Assembly: GCA_964016885.1 (NCBI GenBank)
Contig: OZ024742.1
Coordinates: 358,608,001-358,672,000 of the forward strand
DNA from: Eledone cirrhosa
Lineage: Eukaryota
Length of the DNA stretch: 64,000 bases
Reading direction: 5' to 3'
Part shown: positions 21,895 to 35,100 of the stretch, in pieces
Numbering within the stretch: position 1 is the first letter of the stretch
How the letters are laid out: every line of letters starts with the position of its first letter
Position numbers and translations under genes: made by a program
The notes under the pieces: generated by a model
What the model saw: only the letters and a program-made list of their open reading frames with translations
Told to the model about the DNA's origin: nothing
The model's database searches: none

Positions 21895-22968
21895 GCTTTA
21901 GGAGAGGGCTCCAACACTGATGTCATCTACCTTGATTTCAGCAAGGAATTTGACAGGGTTGATCACAACATTCTACTGAGAAAACTATCCAACATTGGTG
22001 TCACTGGAAAGTTTCTGCAGTGGATCAAGTGTTTCCTGTAAAACAGAGCCCAACATGTTGTAGTTGAAGGAGTAAAATCCAGCCCACCCAAAGTCTGTAG
22101 TGGTGTCCCACAAGGCACTGGGTTGGGCCCACTTCTTTTCCTTATCTATATTAATGACATTACCGACATCATCAAACACATCAACATAGAATCTTTGCAG
22201 TTGATTCCAAGCTCCAGAGGGTCATCAATGAACTGGGTGACCAGTCATTCCTACTATCATTCCTACTGTCTGTTATCCAATGCACGGAAAAGAACAATAT
22301 GCTGCTGAACGAGGATAAATTTGAGTTAATCAACTTTGGAAAAAAGGATGACCTGAAACTCCCATACTCCCTTCCTTCAGGAGAATCTCTCATGGCATCC
22401 AAGAACATCAGAGACTAGGAAGTAATTGTGGACAACAACATAAGCTGGGCCACTCATATAAACAACAAAGTTGACATGGCCCGCAGAATGTGTTCCTGGA
22501 TTCTCAGAACTTTCCAGTTGAGAGATATCCACACTGTTATCCTTCTCTTCTCCACTTTTGCTCGACCCCACCTTCAATACTGTTGTCCACTGTGGTCTCC
22601 CCGCATGAAACAAAGTATCATGAAAGTTGAAGCACCTCAAATGTCAATTACAAAAAAGATAGATGGCATGTCTGGCCTTGACTATTGGCATCAACTAGAA
22701 AAACTCAAACTTTATTCTCTCCAATGCTGCATGATGTGGAAAATATTGCCCAAATGATGTTGGCATCACCTTTAAACTACCAAGGCTTGGGCCCCGTGCT
22801 ATCCACCCATGATAAAATTCTCACTCGTATCTCATAACAACAATACGACACAATTATTTCACCTCACTTGACCCCACTCTCTTTAACATTACACTAAAAT
22901 GCATTAAAACAGAAACAGACCTGATAAAGTTCAAGAAGGCTTTGGACAAATTCCTTCAAGAAATCCCG
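21895..22968 (+). mobile_element. Decayed CR1/L2-group LINE RT fragment
   Basis: [66 protein letters not shown]; many lesions. Confidence 0.88.
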
Positions 22969-22974
22969 TGTCCC

Positions 22975-23219
22975 TCATATACAAAAAATTAGAATACACA
23001 GCAAACCCCATCAATTTTACATATCAAATTTAGATTGGTGCAATTAATTGGAATTAAAAAGTTATACATAAGGTATTAAATACAAAAATTCTAACCATCC
23101 TAAAACTAAAAAGCGAAGCTGAGAGCATAAATAAATTGTTATGACCGTCGCTGGTTGGGCCCCCTGCAGAGCGGGCCCGGGCAATTGCCCCATTTGCACC
23201 CCCATTAAATACAGCCCTG
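22975..23219 (+). mobile_element. MITE-like repeat, partial copy 1 (possibly hAT-type)
   Basis: Aligns with 24800-25012; ends TTAAATACAGCCCTG. Confidence 0.55.
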
Positions 23220-23499
23220 ACGAGAAGTGCTTGTAATGGTTAATCATACTGAATCTGTTATCTGCAATAGCCTCATGTATGTGGTATGGGTTTTGGGACA
23301 GATACTGAGGATGAGTTCCATTGTCTCTCATCTCAGACACTGTGGGCTCAAATTTCCCCTCAGTGGAATGGCTAAGATAAACCTTATATCCTTTCTGATT
23401 ATCTTACAGCTGCTCACAGCTTCTCAAATCTAAATATTGCCAAGTTTTTTGTAAAGCATTAATAAAGATATTGTTAGATCTTCTTAGACTCTTTAAAAA

Positions 23500-23902
23500 G
23501 CTCCCAGTCCACACTGTAATGCGGTTATGTAGGTGTTATAACAAAAACGCTCAGTCCATCTGTAAAGTGGCCATGTAAGCATCCCCACAAAGGGTTCCCT
23601 GTCCACACTATAAAGTGGTTGTATATGTGTCACGACAAAAAGTGCCCAGTTCTCACTGTAAAGTGGTCATGTAGGTGTCATGACAAAAACGCCCGGGCCA
23701 TACTGTAAGATTGTCATGTAGGTGTCATGATAAAAAGCACCCAGTCCACTCTGTAAATGTGGTTGGCATTAGGAAGGGTATCCAGCCATCAAAACCAAGC
23801 CAAAATCAGTTGTGTATGGGCACGGCATGGACAACTGATCAGGACAACTCGACTAACCCATTCTTACATGGAAAAATGGACATTAAATGGTGATGATGAT
23901 GA
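23500..23902 (+). mobile_element. RTE-type 3' tail with ~5-6 degenerate copies of the 48-bp unit
   Basis: Repeats of CCCAGTCCACACTGTAAAGTGGTCATGTAGGTGTCA followed by GGTTGGCATTAGGAAGGGTATCCAGC and (GAT)n. Confidence 0.85.
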
Positions 23903-24054
23903 ATTATTTTGTATTATAAGAATTTAAATTGGTCTTAATAATTATTAATTAACTATTATCAACTATAGAAGGTTGAAAGCATGTAAATGGCCTAACTAAA
24001 TACTGGAATGTATTTTGTCTTACAGTGTTATGATTATACCATGAAAATATTAAT

Positions 24055-24280
24055 GGTTTCTGATCTAGGCACAAGGCCAACAATTTTTTTTTTTTTTGTG
24101 GGAGGGAGTTGATTAAATGGAGCCTACTGTATTACTGGTACTTTATTTTATCAACCCTGTTAAGATAAAAGGCAAAGCTAACCATGGCAGGATTTGAACT
24201 CTTAACATAAAGGGACATAACTATATGCTGCCAAGCATGTTGTCCAATTCTCTATCAATACTGCCATTCCAATGCCCTCC
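24055..24280 (-). mobile_element. tRNA-derived SINE, diverged copy
   Basis: Minus strand has GAGTTCAAATCC B-box, TTTGCCTTTTATC...GATAAAATAAAGTACCAGT and GGCCTTGTGCCTAGA tail. Confidence 0.8.
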
Positions 24281-24309
24281 CTCTATATATTATGATATAA
24301 TTATTACTG

Positions 24310-24622
24310 AAGGGCGGTGAATTGGCAGTATCGGTAGAGGGTCGGACGCCATGTTTTCTAGCATAGTTACGTCTCTTTACAGTCTGAGTTCAAATCCCGC
24401 TGAGGTTAACTTTGCCTTTCATCCTTACGGGGTCGATAACATAAAGTACCAGTAATGTACTGGGTAATTGCTGGCCTTGTGCCTAAAGTAGAAACAATTA
24501 TTACTCAATCAGTTAACTTTGCCTTTCATCCTTACGGGGTCGATAAAATAAAGTACCAGTAATACACTGGGATAATTGCTGGCCTTGTGCCAAAAGTAGA
24601 AACAATTATTACTCAATCAGTT
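24310..24622 (+). mobile_element. tRNA-derived SINE with tandem duplication of its 3' half
   Basis: A-box TGGCAGTATCGG, B-box GAGTTCAAATCC, conserved block GCCTTTCATCCTTACGGGGTCGATAA; ~110-bp 3' part repeated at ~24512-24622. Confidence 0.88.
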
Positions 24623-24748
24623 GTATAATGCTCACCACAATTATTAAAGATATATAATTAGATTTCTATGATTAATGTAAATCTTAATGCTAGATTCCAT
24701 GAAACCTTATATAGTCCCTCAACATTGCAGTCAAATATCCCTGAAACT

Positions 24749-25013
24749 AGGATTGGATTTAGACCTTAGGGGTCTGGGGCACTTCAGGTTTGGTGGGCAC
24801 ACAAAAAAAAACAATACGCAGCAAATCCTGTAATTTTACATATCAAAATTATCTTGCCACAAGTAATTGGAATTGAAACGTTATACATACAGATATTAAA
24901 AACAGTTCTAACCATCCTAAATCAAAAAAGCTCAGCTGAGGGCACAACTAAATTGCTACGGCCAGGGTGCCTGGGGGCATTTGCCCCATTGCTGCCCATT
25001 AAATCTAGCCATG
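24749..25013 (+). mobile_element. MITE-like repeat, copy 2 with degenerate terminal inverted repeats
   Basis: TAGGATTGGATTTAG ... TTAAATCTAGCCATG ends; internal match to 22975-23219. Confidence 0.55.
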
Positions 25014-25249
25014 CTTGAAACCACTCTTTGGTTTTAGAAATGGATGACATGTTGAAATAATGTACTTTTCAAGAGGTTATTTCTGTTCATCACTGGAATG
25101 TCATTGTAGCCTGGTCAATTAGGGTTGACATGTGGTTTGGGGTTATATACCAATTAGAAGGCCTTTAATATGGTTTTTGTACAATCAATATATCTCACTG
25201 CTTGCAGAGATTCTTTTGAATCTGCTGCCATCCAATTCTATTGTTCGTT

Positions 25250-25640
25250 AGGCAAATCAGAGGGATTGAAGTTTATGTCATCACAAATCTACTTGATATA
25301 GGTCTTGGCCTGTTGCCCTCTACTAGCTCTTCCTTGTGTAGGTTCTCACAAAAGAACTTCATTAACAATTTTGTCTTTAGCTCTCCAGTAATGCCCTCTG
25401 TATATAACTCTATGCTCTGTGATGATATCTGATGTCTGATACTGGGTGAAAGTTCCCATAGAGTCACTTATTGGTCAGAGAATCCCTCCAAGTGACATTC
25501 AAAGCTTCTTTTAGCATGCGAGTGTTAGCACCATCTAATCTTCTTTCCAGTTTTGAGCTAGGGCTTCATGCTGAGTAGCCATGCAATAATAAAGAGGTAA
25601 CTGTTGCTTGAAAGAGGCTCCTTTTCATGTCGTCAGATCT
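25250..25640 (-). mobile_element. Old decayed RTE-like RT C-terminal fragment
   Basis: Manual minus translation MKRSLFQATVTSLLLHGYSA*...ERRLDGANTRMLKEALNVTW resembles the RTE post-RT region. Confidence 0.6.
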
Positions 25641-26144
25641 ATGTAGTTGCATGAAAACATGGTTATTAAAGAGAATTTGATGAGGATTGACATATCTTCA
25701 GTGCACAAAATATTGACGATATGTCAAGTCAAAAAAACAAACAAAAAGCCTTTAAAAAGGTAATGTTTTACCAATAAGTTCCCACTTTAAGATAATTACA
25801 AAATGTTTAAATAAAAAGAGTGAAAAAAAAAAATGATAAAATCCAGCAATTAAAATATGGGAGAATAAAATTCTGCAATATTTTTGCTATCAGAGAAATT
25901 CTTTATCAAATGTTCCTCATATCATTTTATTAATCACATAAATAATAAAATGTCATGTAAATTTTATCTCAACTTCCATATTTTTTGTGTAATAGAAAAT
26001 AGAAAAACCAACAATCTGCACCAGGTAGACTTTCATGATTACATTTGGAAAGGAATATTAAAAGTACAGATATTAGTGAAAAATGATCATTACGAAAGCC
26101 TTATTCTCAGATCCCAAATAATAAGAGGTGGGGGTCTGGAATAA

Positions 26145-29100
26145 TTGTTTACTTCTATGGTAAACACCATTGGCAGCAGACTGGTGGTGTTTACATGGTG
26201 TTAATTCTGTGGTGAACACCATTGGTAGCAGACTGGTGGTGTTTACATGGTGTTACTTCTGTGGTAAACACCATTGGTAGCAGACTGGTGGTGTTTACAT
26301 GGTGTTACTTCAGTGGTAAACACCATTGGTGGCAGAATGGTGGTGTTGACATGGTGTTACTTCTGTGGTAAACACCATTGGTAGCAGACTGGTGGTGTTT
26401 ACATGTTGTTACTACAGTGGTAAACATCATTAGTATCAGACTGGTGGTGTTTACATGGTGTTACTTCAGTGGTAAACATCATTGGCAGCAGACTGGTGGT
26501 GTTTACATGGTGTTACTTCTGTGGTAAACACCATTGGTAGCAGACTGGTGGTGTTTACATGGTGTTACTTCAGTGGTAAACACCATTGGTGGCAGAATGG
26601 TGGTGTTGACATGGTGTTACTTCTGTGGTAAACACCATTGGTAGCAGACTGGTGGTGTTTACATGTTGTTACTACAGTGGTAAACATCATTAGTATCAGA
26701 CTGGTGGTGTTTACATGGTGTTACTTCAGTGGTAAACATCATTGGCAGCAGACTGGTGGTGTTTACATGGTGTTACTTCTGTGGTAAACACCATTGGTAG
26801 CAGACTGGTGGTGTTTACATGTTGTTACTACAGTGGTAAACATCATTAGTATCAGACTGGTGGTGTTTACATGGTGTTACTTCAGTGGTAAACATCATTG
26901 GCAGCAGACTGGTGGTGTTTACATGGTGTTACTTCTGTGGTAAACACCATTGGTAGCAGACTGGTGGTGTTTACATGTTGTTACTACAGTGGTAAACATC
27001 ATTAGTATCAGACTGGTGGTGTTTACATGGTGTTACTTCTGTGGTAAACACCATTGGTGGCAGAATGGTGGTGTTTACATGGTGTTACTTCTGTGGTAAA
27101 CACCATTGGTAGCAGACTGGTGGTGTTTACATGGTGTTACTTCTGTGGTAAACACCATTGGTAGCAGACTGGTGGTGTTGACATGGTGTTACTTCTGTGG
27201 TGGACACCATTGGTAGCAGACTGGTGGTGTTTACATGGTGTTACTTCTGTGGTGAACACCATTGGTAGCAGACTGGTGGTGTTTACATGGTGTTACTTCT
27301 GTGGTGGACACCATTGGTAGCAGACTGGTGGTGTTTACATGGTGTTACTTCTGTGGTGGACACCATTGGTAGCAGACTGGTGGTGTTTACATGGTGTTAC
27401 TTCTGTGGTGAACACCATTGGTAGCAGACTGGTGGTGTTTACATGGTGTTATTTCAGTGGTAAACACCATTTATGGCAGATTGGTGGTGTTTACATGGTA
27501 TTACTTCTGTGGTGAACACCATTGGTAGCAGACTGGTGGTGTTTACATGTTGTTACTACAGTGGTAAACATCATTAGTATCAGACTGGTGGTGTTGACAT
27601 GGTGTTACTTCTGTGGTAAACACCATTGGTAGCAGACTGGTGGTGTTTACATGGTGTTACTTCAGTGGTAAACACCATTGGTGGCAGAATGGTGGTGTTG
27701 ACATGGTGTTACTTCTGTGGTAAACACCATTGGTAGCAGACTGGTGGTGTTTACATGTTGTTACTACAGTGGTAAACATCATTAGTATCAGACTGGTGGT
27801 GTTTACATGGTATTACTACAGTGGTAAACATCATTAGTATCAGACTGGTGGTGTTGACATGGTGTTACTTCTGTGGTAAACACCATTGGTAGCAGACTGG
27901 TGGTGTTTACATGCTGTTATTCTGTGGTAAACACCATTGGTAGCAGACTGGTGGTGTTTACATGTTGTTACTACAGTGGTAAACATCAGTGATAGCAGAC
28001 TGGTGGTGTTTACATGGTGTTACTTCTGTGATGAACACCATTGGTAGCAGACTGGTGGTGTTTACATGGTGTTATTTCTGTGGTAAACACCATTGATAGC
28101 AGACTGGTGGTGTTTACATGGTGTTACTTCTGTGGTAAACACCATTGGTAGCAGACTGGTGGTGTTTACATGGTGTTACTTCAGTGGTAAACATCATTAG
28201 TAGCAGACTGGTGGTGTTTACATGGTGTTACTTCTGTGGTGAACATCATTGGTGGCAGACTGGTGGTTTTTACATGGTGTTACTTCAGTGGTAAACACCA
28301 TTGGTGGCAGAATGGTGGTGTTTACATGGTGTTACTTCTGTGGTGAACACCATTGGTAGCTGACTGGTGGTGTTTACATGGTGTTACTTCTGTGGTGGAC
28401 ACCATTGGTAGCAGACTGGTGGTGTCTACATGTGTTACTTCAGTGGGAAACACCATTGGTAACAGACTGGTGGTGTTTACATGGTATTACATCTGTGGTG
28501 AACACCATTGGTAGCAGACTGGTGGTGTTTACATGGTGTTTCTGCTGTGGTGAACACCATTGTTACTAGACTGGTGGTGTTACATGGTGTTACTTCTGTG
28601 GTAAACACCATTGGTAACAGACTGGTAGTGTTTACATGGTGTTACTTCTGTGGTGAAGACCATTGGTGGCAGACTGGTGGTGTTTACATGGTGTTACTTC
28701 TGTGGTGAACACTATTGTTAGCAGACTGGTGATGTTTACATGGTATAACGTCTGTAGTGAACACCATTCTTGGCAGACTGGTGGAGTTTACATGGTGTTA
28801 CTTCTGTGGTGAACACCATTGGTAGCAGACTGGTGGTGTTTACAAGGTGTTACTTCTGTGGTAAACACCATTGATAGCAGACTGGTTGTGTTTACACGGT
28901 GTTACTTCTGTTGTAAACACCATTGGTAGCAGACTGGTGGTGTTTACATGCTGTTATTTCTGTGGTGAACACCATTGGTAGCAGACTGGTGGTGTTTACA
29001 TGGTGTTACTTCTGTGGTAAACACCATTGGTAGCAGACTGGTGGTATTTACATGGTGTTATTTCAGTGGTAAACACCATTTGTTGAGATTGGTGGTGTTT

Positions 29101-32100
29101 ACATGGTATTACCTGTGTTGTAACCACCATTGGAGGCAGACTGGTGGTGTTTACATGGTGTTATTTCTGTGGTAAACACCATTTGTAGCAGACTGGTGGT
29201 GTTTACATGGTGTTACTTCTGTGGTGAACACTATTGGTAGCAGACTGGTGGTGTTTACATGAAGTTACTTCTGTGGTAAACACCATTGGTAGCAGACTGG
29301 TGTTGTTTACATGGTGTTACTTCAGTGGTAAACATCATTGGTGGCAGACTGGTGGTGTTTACATGGTGTTACTTCAGTGGTAAACATCATTGGTGGCAGA
29401 CTGGTGGTGTTTACATGGTGTTACTTCAGTGGTAAACACCATTGGTGGCAGAATGGTGGTGTTTACATGGTGTTACTTCTGTGATGAACACCATTGGTAG
29501 CTGACTGGTGGTGTTTACATGGTGTTACTTCTGTGGTGGACACCATTGGTAGCAGACTGGTGGTGTCTACATGTGTTACTTCAGTGGGAAACACCATTGG
29601 TAACAGACTGGTGGTGTTTACAAGGTATTACATCTGTGGTGAACACCATTGGTAGCAGACTGGTGGTGTTTACATGGTGTTTCTGCTGTGGTGAACACCA
29701 TTGTTACTAGACTGGTGGTGTTTACATGGTGTTAATTCAGTGGTAAATACCATTGGTAGCAGACTGGTGGTGTTTACATGGTGTTACTTCTGTGGTAAAC
29801 ACTATTGGTAGCAGACTGGTGGTGTTTACAAGGTGTTACTTCTGTGGTAAACACCATTGGTAACAGACTGGTGGTGTTTAAATGGTGTTACTTCTGTGGT
29901 GACCACCATTGGTAGCAGACTGGTGGTATTTACATGGTGTTATTTCAGTGGTAAACACCATTTGTTGAGATTGGTGGTGTTTACATGGTATTACCTGTGT
30001 TGTAAACACCATTGCAGGCAGACTGGTGGTGTTTACATGATGTTACTTCTGTGGTAAACACCATTGGTAGCAGACTGGTGGTGTTTACATGGTATTACAT
30101 CTGTGGTGAACACCATTGGTAGCAGACTGGTGGTGTTTACATGTGTTACTTCTGTGGTGGACACCATTGGTAGCAGACTGGTGGTGTTTACATGGTGTTA
30201 CTTCTCTGGTGGACACAATTGGTAGCAGACTGGTGGTGTTTACATGGTGTTACTTCTGTGGCAAACACCATTGGTAGCAGACTGGTGGTGTTTACATGGT
30301 ATTACCTGTGAGTAAACACCATTGGTAGCAGACTGGTGGTGTTTACATGGTGTTACTTCTGTGGGAAACACCATTGGTAGCAGACTGGTGGTGTTTACAT
30401 GGTGTTACTTCAGTGGTAAACATCATTAGTAGCAGACTAGTGGTGTTTACATGGTGTTACTTCTGTGGTAAACACCACTGTTAGCAGACTAGTGGTCTTT
30501 ACATGGTGTTACTTCAGTGGTAAACACCATTGGTAGCAGACTGGTGTTGTTTACATGGTGTTACTTCAGTGGTAAACATCATTGGTGGCAGACTGGTGGT
30601 GTTTACATGGTGTTACTTCAGTGGTAAACACCATTGGTGGCAGACTGGTGTTGTTTACATGGTGTTACTTCAGTGGTAAACACCATTGGTAGCAGACTGG
30701 TGGTGTTTACATGGTGTTACCTCTGTGGTGAACACCGTTGATAGCAGACTGGTGGTGTTTACATGGTGTTACTTCTGTGATGAACACCATTGGTAGCAGA
30801 CTGGTGTTGTTTACATGGTGTTACTTCAGTGGTAAACACCATTGGTAGCAGACTGGTGGTGTTTACATGGTGTTACCTCTGTGGTGAACACCATTGATAG
30901 CAGACTGGTGGTGTTTACATGGTGTTACTTCTGTGGTGAATACCATTGCTAGCAGACTGGTGGTGTTTACATGGTGTTTCTTCAGTGGTAAACAACATTT
31001 GTGGCAGATTGGTGGTGTTTACATGGTGTTACTTCTGTGGTAAACACCATTGGTAGCAGACTGGTGGTGTTTACATGGTGTTACTTCTGTGGTAAACACC
31101 ATTGGTAGCAGACTGGTGGTGTTTACATGGTGCTACTTCAGTGGTAAACACCATTGGTAGCAGACTGGTGGTGTTTACATGGTGTTACTTCTGTGGTAAA
31201 CACCATTGGTAGCAGACTGGTGGTGTTTACATGGTGTTACTTCTGTGGTAAACACCATTGGTATCAGACTGGTGGTGTTTACATGGTGTTACTTCTGTGG
31301 TAAACACCATTGGTATCAGACTGGTGGTGTTTGCATGCTGTTACTTCTGTGGTAAACACCATTGGTAGCAGACTGGTGGTGTTTACATGGTGTTACTTCT
31401 GTGGTAAACACCATTGGTATCAGACTGGTGGTGTTTGCATGCTGTTACTTCTGTGGTAAACACCATTGGTAGCAGACTGGTGGTGTTTACATGGTGTTAC
31501 TTCTGTGGTAAACACCATTGGTAGCAGACTGGTGGTGTTTACATGGTGTTATTTCTGTGGTGAACACCATTGGTAGCAGACTAGTGGTGTTTACATGGTG
31601 TTACTTCAGTGGTAAACACCATTGGTGGCAGAATGGTGGTGTTTACATGGTGTTACTTCTGTGGAAAACACCATTGGTAGCAGACTGGTGGTGTTTACAT
31701 GGTGTTACTTCAGTGGTAAACACCATTGGTAGCAGACTGGTGGTGTTTACATGGTGTTACTTCTGTGGTAAACACCATTGGTAGCAGACTGGTGGTGTTT
31801 ACGTGGTGTTACTTCTGTGGTAAACACCATTGGTAGCAGACTGGTGGTGTTTACATGGTGTTACTTCTGTGGTAAACATCATTGGTGGCAGACTGGTGGT
31901 GTTTACATGGTGTTACTTCTGTGATGGACACCATTGGTAGCAGACTGGTGGTGTCTACATGTGTTACTTCAGTGGGAAACACCATTGGTAACAGACTGGT
32001 GGTGTTTACATGGTATTACATCTGTGGTGAACACCATTGGTAGCAGACTGGTGGTGTTTACATGGTGTTTCTGCTGTGGTGAACACCATTGTTACTAGAC

Positions 32101-35100
32101 TGGTGGTGTTTACATGGTGTTACTTCTGTGGTAAACACCATTGGTAACAGACTGGTAGTGTTTACATGGTGTTACTTCTGTGGTGAAGACCATTGGTAGC
32201 AGACTGGTGGTGTTTACATGGTGTTAATTCAGTGGTAAATACCATTGGTAGCAGACTGTTGGTGTTTACATGGTATAACGTCTGTAGTGAACACCATTCT
32301 TGGCAGACTGGTGGTGTTTACGTGGTGTTACTTCTGTGGTGAACACCATTAGTAGCAGCCTGGTGGTGTTTACAAGGTGTTACTTCTGTGGTAAACACCA
32401 TTGATAGCAGACTGGTTGTGTTTACACGGTGTTACTTCTGTTGTAAACACCATTGGTAGCAGACTGGTGGTGTTTACATGGTGTTATTTCTGTGGTGAAC
32501 ACCATTGGTAGCAGACTGGTGGTGTTTACATGGTATTACATCTGTGGTGAACACCATTGGTAGCAGACTGGTGGTGTTTACATGTGTTACTTCTGTGGTG
32601 GACACCATTGGTAGCAGACTGGTGGTGTTTACATGGTGTTACTTCTCTGGTGGACACAATTGGTAGCAGACTGGTGGTGTTTACATGGTGTTACTTCTGT
32701 GGCAAACACCATTGGTAGCAGACTGGTGGTGTTTACATGGTATTACCTGTGAGTAAACACCATTGGTAGCAGACTGGTGGTGTTTACATGGTGTTACTTC
32801 TGTGGGAAACACCATTGGTAGCAGACTGGTGGTGTTTACATGGTGTTACTTCAGTGGTAAACATCATTAGTAGCAGACTAGTGGTGTTTACATGGTGTTA
32901 CTTCTGTGGTAAACACCACTGTTAGCAGACTAGTGGTCTTTACATGGTGTTACTTCAGTGGTAAACACCATTGGTAGCAGACTGGTGTTGTTTACATGGT
33001 GTTACTTCAGTGGTAAACATCATTGGTGGCAGACTGGTGGTGTTTACATGGTGTTACTTCAGTGGTAAACACCATTGGTGGCAGACTGGTGTTGTTTACA
33101 TGGTGTTACTTCAGTGGTAAACACCATTGGTAGCAGACTGGTGGTGTTTACATGGTGTTACCTCTGTGGTGAACACCGTTGATAGCAGACTGGTGGTGTT
33201 TACATGGTGTTACTTCTGTGATGAACACCATTGGTAGCAGACTGGTGTTGTTTACATGGTGTTACTTCAGTGGTAAACACCATTGGTAGCAGACTGGTGG
33301 TGTTTACATGGTGTTACCTCTGTGGTGAACACCATTGATAGCAGACTGGTGGTGTTTACATGGTGTTACTTCTGTGGTGAATACCATTGCTAGCAGACTG
33401 GTGGTGTTTACATGGTGTTACTTCAGTGGTAAACAACATTTGTGGCAGATTGGTGGTGTTTACATGGTGTTACTTCTGTGGTAAACACCATTGGTAGCAG
33501 ACTGGTGGTGTTTACATGGTGTTACTTCTGTGGTAAACACCATTGGTAGCAGACTGGTGGTGTTTACATGGTGCTACTTCAGTGGTAAACACCATTGGTA
33601 GCAGACTGGTGGTGTTTACATGGTGTTACTTCTGTGGTAAACACCATTGGTAGCAGACTGGTGGTGTTTACATGGTGTTACTTCTGTGGTAAACACCATT
33701 GGTATCAGACTGGTGGTGTTTACATGGTGTTACTTCTGTGGTAAACACCATTGGTATCAGACTGGTGGTGTTTGCATGCTGTTACTTCTGTGGTAAACAC
33801 CATTGGTAGCAGACTGGTGGTGTTTACATGGTGTTACTTCTGTGGTAAACACCATTGGTATCAGACTGGTGGTGTTTGCATGCTGTTACTTCTGTGGTAA
33901 ACACCATTGGTAGCAGACTGGTGGTGTTTACATGGTGTTACTTCTGTGGTAAACACCATTGGTAGCAGACTGGTGGTGTTTACATGGTGTTATTTCTGTG
34001 GTGAACACCATTGGTAGCAGACTAGTGGTGTTTACATGGTGTTACTTCAGTGGTAAACACCATTGGTGGCAGAATGGTGGTGTTTACATGGTGTTACTTC
34101 TGTGGAAAACACCATTGGTAGCAGACTGGTGGTGTTTACATGGTGTTACATCAGTGGTAAACACCATTGGTAGCAGACTGGTGGTGTTTACATGGTGTTA
34201 CTTCTGTGGTAAACACCATTGGTAGCAGACTGGTGGTGTTTACGTGGTGTTACTTCTGTGTTAAACACCATTGGTAGCAGACTGGTGGTGTTTACATGGT
34301 GTTACTTCTGTGGTAAACATCATTGGTGGCAGACTGGTGGTGTTTACATGGTGTTACTTCTGTGATGGACACCATTGGTAGCAGACTGGTGGTGTCTACA
34401 TGTGTTACTTCAGTGGGAAACACCATTGGTAACAGACTGGTGGTGTTTACATGGTATTACATCTGTGGTGAACACCATTGGTAGCAGACTGGTGGTGTTT
34501 ACATGGTGTTTCTGCTGTGGTGAACACCATTGTTACTAGACTGGTGGTGTTTACATGGTGTTACTTCTGTGGTAAACACCATTGGTAACAGACTGGTAGT
34601 GTTTACATGGTGTTACTTCTGTGGTGAAGACCATTGGTAGCAGACTGGTGGTGTTTACATGGTGTTAATTCAGTGGTAAATACCATTGGTAGCAGACTGT
34701 TGGTGTTTACATGGTATAACGTCTGTAGTGAACACCATTCTTGGCAGACTGGTGGTGTTTACGTGGTGTTACTTCTGTGGTGAACACCATTAGTAGCAGA
34801 CTGGTGGTGTTTACAAGGTGTTACTTCTGTGGTAAACACCATTGATAGCAGACTGGTTGTGTTTACACGGTGTTACTTCTGTTGTAAACACCATTGGTAG
34901 CAGACTGGTGGTGTTTACATGGTGTTATTTCTGTGGTGAACACCATTGGTAGCAGACTGGTGGTGTTTTAATGGTATTACTTCTGTGGTAAACATCATTG
35001 GTGGCAGAATGGTGGTGATTACATGCTGTTACTTCTGTGGTAAACACCATTGGTAGCAGACTGGTGTTGTTTACGTGCTGTTACTTCAGTGGTAAACATC

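Noticed and set aside
23220-23460. Protein-like minus-strand reading in unique sequence
   Set aside because: Contains an in-frame stop, has no recognisable motif and no clear splice sites.
24310-24400. tRNA gene
   Set aside because: A and B boxes belong to a SINE head; no complete cloverleaf, and a SINE body and tail follow.
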